DNA of 64,000 nucleotides from Haplodiscus bocki. Taxonomy: Eukaryota. This document shows, piece after piece, positions 57,101 through 64,000 of this stretch. The stretch spans positions 1,736,001-1,800,000 of the forward strand of contig OZ296656.1 of the NCBI GenBank assembly GCA_965655095.1, in the 5' to 3' direction. The notes below the pieces were generated by a model. That model was not told the DNA's origin. It was given only the letters and a program-made list of their open reading frames with translations, and did no database searches. Position 1 is the stretch's first letter. Each line of letters starts with the position of its first letter. A program made the position numbers and the translations under genes.

Positions 57101-60100
57101 CTTCAAAAAGGTTTGAAATGCGGAAAGGAATAAATATCACAGTCTGTATGTCGAATTTATAGCAGCCTCTGGAGCTCTATTTGTCGCAAATGGGTCCTTG
57201 GCGGCTTCAATTATCTGGGGTCTGTAATTTTTTTTGTCTTTCAATTAGGTTTGGTAAATTTTGACATGCTGCTTCCCTTTTTTGTGCAATCAAACCTGCA
57301 ACCAAAAAGCAAAACATGAATCGTCGCCGTTGTACTTCTTGTGGACAATTTGCTGTTGCAAGCCATGTTTGCCTGAAGGACATTGATCGAGAACTGCAAT
57401 TTGATGAGCCGCTGGGCATCTTATACAAAATTCCCGACATTTCAATCTCCGTTTCACCAGTTGCACGAAGTGAAACTCTGAACTGTCTCTCAACTTTAGG
57501 TCTAACTGATTTTTTAGTCTCTCTAGACGTTTCGATCGCAAATGACAGTATCATTTATAATTTGCGTCCGGCGCGTGTAACTGCGATTCTTGGCGATGGT
57601 AATTGCCTTTTCTCATCCTTAGCAGTTGCTCTCGGTTTGTCACAGGATTGTAGTTCAATTCTACGGAATAAAATTGTTAGCAACATGATGTTCATCAACT
57701 TCCCTCCAAACAGCTTACAAACCACAATTTACTCCGCTGATTTTCCAAACCAATACCGTGTTTTGCTTTGTACTTCGATTCAAGAGTACCTCAGTTTGTC
57801 GAAAATGGAAGAAAATGGAGTCTTCGGAACATGCGTTGAAATATACGCGTTTTGTCAGATTTTCCAAATGGACGTATATTTATATCATGTTCCTCTGAAA
57901 TCCTGGTTGGTTTATGAATTCTCTCTGAGCACGAATCGTCGTGGAATTTTCATTCAGCAAACCTGGAATGCAAATCACTTTGAAGTAATCAGTGAGTTGG
58001 TTTCAGTCGCAAATGAAGGAAACGCTGCAGGTTCACAAAGAATTTCCTGTCTTAGTTCCAACGCAATGCATTTCTCTTCGTCAGTTTTGGGAGAGGATAT
58101 TGAATCTTTCAGGTACCCAGAAAACACAACAGGGGTCCCACCAGCGAAAAAAGCAAAACACACTGCGGATCCATCCACCTCGAAGACATGCCTTGAAACT
58201 CACGTCACACACATTCCAAGTCAGAACTCCTGTAACGCAAAGTCAGATCAAAATTTTCCGATGCTACCGTTGTCAGAAAACGCTACCAAATCTGTTCTGA
58301 GCAGAGAAATACCCAAAATCGAGGATCTGTACACTAACACTGCTACGGTTTCACACAGTGATGCAACAATTGAACAAACGACAGATGGTAATTCTAAGTC
58401 TGCTGACGGAGAGTTTTGCGGCAAATGCTTGCGACAATCCACGCTGCAATATCCGTTAAAGCTTACTAAGACAGAAAAGTCAGATTTTATAAACAGAATG
58501 TTTGGTAACCGAATCAAGGACGCTTTTCCCATATTATGCAATCAATGTCTACTTTACTGTACTTCCGAACGCATCGAGTGGAGTCACGCATAGCCATCTG
58601 TTTTTTTCACGCTTTTGAGTGATGAAAAAATGCCCAAGGAGCAGCAGTTGAATGTTTTAACGTTGTTATCTTGGGAACTGAGACAGCAATGGATGGGATG
58701 CTTGGAAAAATTTACTCCATGAGTCCAACAGTTTCTCAATGGAAAAGAAATCAATGGGAAATGTGTCGTTGACGGAACCGCTCGTTTGCATTATTTCCAG
58801 AAACTGATCAAAACTCTTCAACAAGAACAAATAGCAGTAGCTTTGGATAAAGAACCTTACCCGAACGTTCGGTGCCCATTTGGTTGCTGGTGTTTCATTG
58901 AAGAATCCGGTTTAATCAATGCTAAACACTTTTTGAATCTATTCGACCCAGCTTTTACGTCTTTTGGAGCTTCTAGTCATTTGCATCTTAGAGGAATTAG
59001 GTCAGATTTCTTGGTTCCAACGTCATCGTTGCGGAAGTTTTTAATTGCAACAACTGTGCGTGTAGACAAAGTAGAAGGATTGGTTGTTCACGCTTGCCTT
59101 ATGCACTCAAAGGGGTCGTCTGTGCAATACCTTCATCCTCCATCACATCCTGTCCTGTCAAGAACTGCGTTAATTCACGATGAGCGTTTGAGTATGGTGG
59201 CACCAACAATTTCGTGGATAACAAATATTAAAGCAAATTTCGCCAGTCATACCTACCAGTTATTGAAAAGTGTTGGTTCTTATAGTGGAATGAGTACAGT
59301 TCAGTTGCGGCGGCGAACGCGTTGGGACATCACCAGCGATATCTTGTACCACGCTGAAGGCCTCGCGTGCCGTTTTCGGGAAGATGTTAAAACGAAGATT
59401 TGTGAATGGGTGAAAGAAGGTAAAATCGTTGAAGATGTAGCTTTGGGGATTCTTGACTATCCTGCACAGATTGAAAACATATCAGAGTGTTTGTTGCCTG
59501 CCCTTTCTACAGATTTGGAGACTTGTGTAGAAATAGCTAAAGTTCTAGATAAAAATGATAAAGACTATTTAAACAACGTGGAAGCTTTGAGTTGTTATTC
59601 CTTCGCCCACGGAACCGGCGAGTATGGTTGTTCGCCCCCTCCTCTGAATTGTAAAGGCAGCAATGTTTTTTGGCTTGTACAAGCTGCACTGTGTCTGTCA
59701 CCGTTGATGTGTCGTTCTTTAGTAACATCAGGTAAGTATTCTGTGACCTTGAGGCCTTTGATATCTTCGCTGAGGAATGTTTTTATTACCTCAAAGGCAA
59801 TGAAGAAAGCCAGCAATACGCTACTTCTACGGCGCTCGGAAGAAGCAATAAACACCTTGCTAGAGAAAAACCGAACTGAAGAGCAGTTAAAAGGTGTGAA
59901 GTACTGTTGTTGCCATCTCGCCGCACAGTTTTTGGCAACCGTGTCAGAATTTTTGCCACATCCCCTTAACGAATCGAAAAAATATAACTTGTTATACAAA
60001 TCTGCAACTTCCCGTTGAAACAACTCACGCTATATTCACCACCAACTCCCCCAATAATTTGCGGAGCAAAAGCGAACCTCCGCTAAAGTTGGTTATCAGC

Positions 60101-63100
60101 GATATCGGCTATGAACTGATTGCAGTCGGAGCAAAGGATGGAGGCCCGGCCGCCGAGCCAAGGTTGATGGTTCGACATGGAGGTGACTTCCAGAAGTTCT
60201 GGCTTTTGGAGAAAAACTGCAGATACGCTAAGAAGATGACAGAGTCTAGAACTGAGGCTTTGAGTTCAGGTCTTCGTGGATATTGGACAATAGCAATTTA
60301 TGAGAAATCAAGAAATCTTGAATTAGCTGATTTGAAATGGAAATTGCTGAGCACTTTGACTGGTCAGGGCGTCTTCATCTGTGAGTCTCATGACGTTCCT
60401 TTGACAAGAGACTTCAGAAAGAGCAGTTTTCGTTGTAGATGCACCCGTGCTTCTTTTTTGCGTTGCCCTTATTCCCAATGTAACAGTTGCGTATGCAAGC
60501 GTCACTTCAACGAAGGTCTACAGAATCCGAATAGACGTGTTCTTGTTGATCCAATGCCGATGTCGGAAAAGAGGGCAAATACGCATTTCTCTCCTGTTAA
60601 TTCAGAGTCGTCTAGCTTGCGAGTTGTATCCGAAACATCATCTATTGTAGAGTCTATCGAATCAAGCGAGCCTGATGCAGCAGCAATTGCCTTTGGTATG
60701 GTGTCCAACAACAATTTGTCTGTTGTTGGGGATTTTTCTTTGGAAGTTGACAACCATGAACCTCTTGAAGAAAGCATAAATGTATTGGCTAGTCTCCAAA
60801 CTTGCCCTGATAAAAAAGCTCTTTTCATCGATCCACATCGAAATGAAGACCTTTTCAAACTGCCACTTCACATTCTGCTCAATTCTCAATGCAACCTCTT
60901 GTACCGGCATAAAGGGAGTCCAATCAGTTTGTCGCTGAAAGAAAAACGTTTTTTAGAAAACATTGCAGCAACTTCCACGACAGCGCTGCCTCTAATTCAA
61001 CCAGAAGCTCTTTTGTTTCCATCAATTTTCTGGTGTCAAGCTAACAACGGTAGTTTTCATGGAGCAATACCAGCCGCGCTTTACAACAACTCCAAGTACA
61101 ACAGACAACTGGGTTTTGCTGGTTTGGAAGACATGCTTCGTACGAGAATCAAAGATGGTTCGCTGTTGACATCATGCAATCCAACTTATTTGCAGTATGT
61201 GTTTGACAGCCTTTTGAACATGCAGCTTCACAAAACTGATGTTAGATTGGTTTTAAATCGGGGATGGCAGGAAGTGAGTTCCGGCCCTACAAATTGTTCA
61301 TTTGTTTCAACGCAAACATTCAAGTTTGACTGTGCGGAAAGTCGTAAAAATGTCTGTGAACTCGCAGCTTTAATTCGAGATAAAAATCCAACGTACTTTT
61401 TGACATATACTTGCAGCCAGTCGACCCATCCTGGCGTTAGAAAAATTTTTCAGGCACTCTATGAAATGTACCCACCAGAAACTACAAAAAAAGAACTGCT
61501 CTCTGCGGCCATTCAAGCAGAATTGATGCCGATGCTCAGGTGTTGGTATAGAGCTTCACAATACGTAATGGAGTGGGTGAAAAAGTCTCCAGAAAGACCA
61601 CTGGGACCGGTATCCCACATTTGGATGCGGTATGAATGGCAGGAGGAGACAGCTGGGTTCCCTCATTTGCATGTGATACTTTGTACTCCAGAAGACAAGT
61701 TTTCTAATGAGGTGAGATCTCGAGTTTGCTGTTCAAAAGAAACATTTTTGGGTGCATTAGAAAGCAGTTGCCCTCAATTAACGAAAGACGAAAGGTTGCA
61801 TCTCGGTGAGTTATTTCAAAAGTATCAAATTCATAACTGTACCAAAGGGCCTCAGCGATGCCATAAAAAAACAGATCGTCTCAATCAGCCAATTTGTCGT
61901 GTGCCAAGATATCCACCATCGAATGCATTTTCGTTCAAAGAAGTTCCCATTAACTTCTCTTCTGAAACAATGGACTTGTTACAAGCCATGGACTTAGCAG
62001 ACATTGACGTTAACACGTTGTTGCCGAAGGTCAAAGACCCTCTAATTGCCGGGAAGCATCACTATCCGACTGTGTCTAACGAGCATTTCTCGCCAACCAA
62101 TGCAGCTTTGTTTGCACTGACTCAATCAAGCACTAACGTTCAAATTTGCGACGATTACACGGCACCCCGTTACGTTGCGAAGTATGCAGCGGGCATTGAA
62201 TCTCGAGCAGCAGCCACAATTGTTGCAGGTCAGACAGAGAACAGTGTAAAGGTTCTGACAGAACCGATAGAACATGAGAAGATAGCAGGTGTTCGAGCTT
62301 GTTTGAAAAATTTGCGTCAGGAAGAGAAACGACAATCAGTAAAAGGTCGCATTGTCAGTATTACTGAATGTCTTTGGTGGTGCTTACAACTTCCTTACGT
62401 CTGCACAAATGTTGACTTTGTACATGTGCCTACAGTTCCCAAAGAATATCGTTCAGGAATTGTAATTGAGAAACGTTTTCACAAGTCTCCGAATTTCAGC
62501 GCCACTTTCACTGATGGAATCCGTGTGCGAAAAGAATTATTGGAACTCCCAAAACTTCGACAATTTACAAAAAGTCAAACCCTCCTCCTTGCAGATGTTG
62601 AAAACAGTTTCATTTCTCCTGACAAGGTAACTGTTTTTGGACTGAGGCCGCCGGAACTTTTGTTCGTATCGCAGTTAAAAGACTATTACAGCTGGTTTGT
62701 GCGCTGGAAACCCAGAAGAACAAACTGCCTTAGCAATCACGAGAAGTTCTTGAAAAAAGGTTTACGTAAAAGCTGCTGGGTTGATGCACTTGGATATTTG
62801 GTTAAACTGCGCCCATCTGCTGTTAACTCTTTCGTAAGTCTCTGTCAAGAAAAGTTTGGTGAAGAACGGAATCAGATCTTGAAACGCGAAATGAGGAAAC
62901 ACATTGTTCCCATTCTTGAAAACAAGAACAGTTCTCAGTTCGTTGCTCATTGGAAAAACTTGTCAGAAGAAGAGGCCGTTGTTGTTTTAGCAACAGTCTA
63001 CCGAATAACCCAACAAAGTTTTTACTTCATCTGTTACTGACCGTCGGGAAACTTGACACTGAGTTGGACATCTTGAACGTCCAAACTTTCAAAGAAGCTT

Positions 63101-64000
63101 TCATAAAAGCGGGTATTTTGCTAAACTCAACCGTCACTGATGGCGAAGTGAAAGAAATAGCTAAGAAGTATTTGCTGGAACAGCTTCGCTTCACTCCAGG
63201 GTCATCTAAATTGATTGACACTTACTTGGTAATGGCCCATAGTGTCATATCGGAGGCACTGTTGATAAACAATCTCTTTTTTGCTGCTGCTTTACCACCT
63301 GTTCTCGACAAAAGCGTCCTGGAGGAATGCGAAGAAACAGTCACAATTCAACTGGCTATGGAAAAGTGTAAAATGATAGCTTTCCTTCAGACATGTCAGA
63401 CTGAATTACCTGCAGAGCAAACGATGATCGACGCCACTTTCAATACTCCAGTGCCTTGGAAGCCACTTTTACAGAAGAGCCCGGATCAAAGTAAAAACTC
63501 ATATTTAGAGCAACGTCAAGTTTTGGACGAACTCATTAATTCAATAGACATGTATAAACGAGGACATTGCACTTTCATAAGACATCAGATTGTTTTCGGT
63601 CCACCAGGATGCGGCAAAACTTTTGTGATGCTGAAATCTCTTGCTTACGCCTTATGTCAAGGATAGCATTGTGTGGTGACATCCATAGCAGCTGAAAGAT
63701 CTGCTGCTTTAGCTGGAAAACATCTGAATGCTTTGATACCATTTCCAGTTGAAAAATGTTGCTCTGCAGAATCACTTTCGAAGAAGGCTCTGTCCAATTT
63801 ACAACGATCTCCTATCAAAAGCCGAGTTTTACAGCACTTAGACGTAATTTTCGTTGAAGAACTTTCGATGATATCTAGCGAGCTTTGGGCAGCGACAGAT
63901 CATGTTTTGCAAGTTGTCACAGCAAATTATGTTCCTTTCGGCGGAAAACTCGTTGTCGCAACTGGTGACTTCTTTCAACTTCCTCCGCCCTCTGGATCTT
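54134..64000 (+). mobile_element. Diverged, decayed relative of the element (truncated by the window end)
   Basis: Starts at the core. 54134-56020 aligns with 2406-4285, and a homologous RepHel starts at 57316. Confidence 0.9.
57316..64000 (+). pseudogene. RepHel pseudogene (ZnF, OTU, Rep, start of helicase)
   Basis: Retains GDGNCLF, PTYFLTYTC, YEWQEETAGFPHLHVIL, YVAKY, GPPGCGKT, FVEELSM and GDFFQLPP. In-frame stops at 58591 (TAG where the intact copy has Trp), 58720 (TGA) and 63664 (TAG); frameshifts near 59960-60060 and near 62990. Confidence 0.93.

Noticed and set aside
1-64000. CRISPR array, tRNA/rRNA genes, prophage or viral capsid genes
   Set aside because: I recognised no short repeat-spacer array, structural RNA or capsid/packaging motif. 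The spliceosomal intron and RepHel protein point to a eukaryotic transposon.

Overview
Eukaryotic, AT-rich genomic DNA filled almost entirely by one family of rolling-circle (Helitron/Helentron-like) mobile elements arranged head to tail. Three near-identical 16,895-bp units (2406-19300, 19301-36195, 36196-53090) each carry three + strand genes. The first is an intronless ~2,700-aa protein with a Zn finger, an OTU protease, Cys-rich regions, an HUH Rep, a PIF1-type helicase and a C-terminal SLX1-like GIY-YIG nuclease. The second is a two-exon SGNH hydrolase, and the third is a ~337-aa protein of unknown function, possibly an OB fold plus a Cys cluster. A 1,043-bp non-coding mini-unit (53091-54133) follows, then a diverged, pseudogenised relative that runs off the window (54134-64000). 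Every junction falls on the same 18-19-bp core, TGACCACCCAGTGGAGGC(A). Each core is preceded by an invariant GC-rich block (AGGGGCCCCTCCCCCGCCTCG) and a ~600-bp subterminal region of inverted repeats with fixed spacing. I did not find canonical Helitron TC...CTRR ends or Helentron subterminal inverted repeats. The best candidate for a new system is a Helitron-like lineage with a GIY-YIG nuclease that joins or integrates at a conserved self-encoded core and builds mixed arrays. All domain calls rest on motifs recognised by eye; no database search was run.
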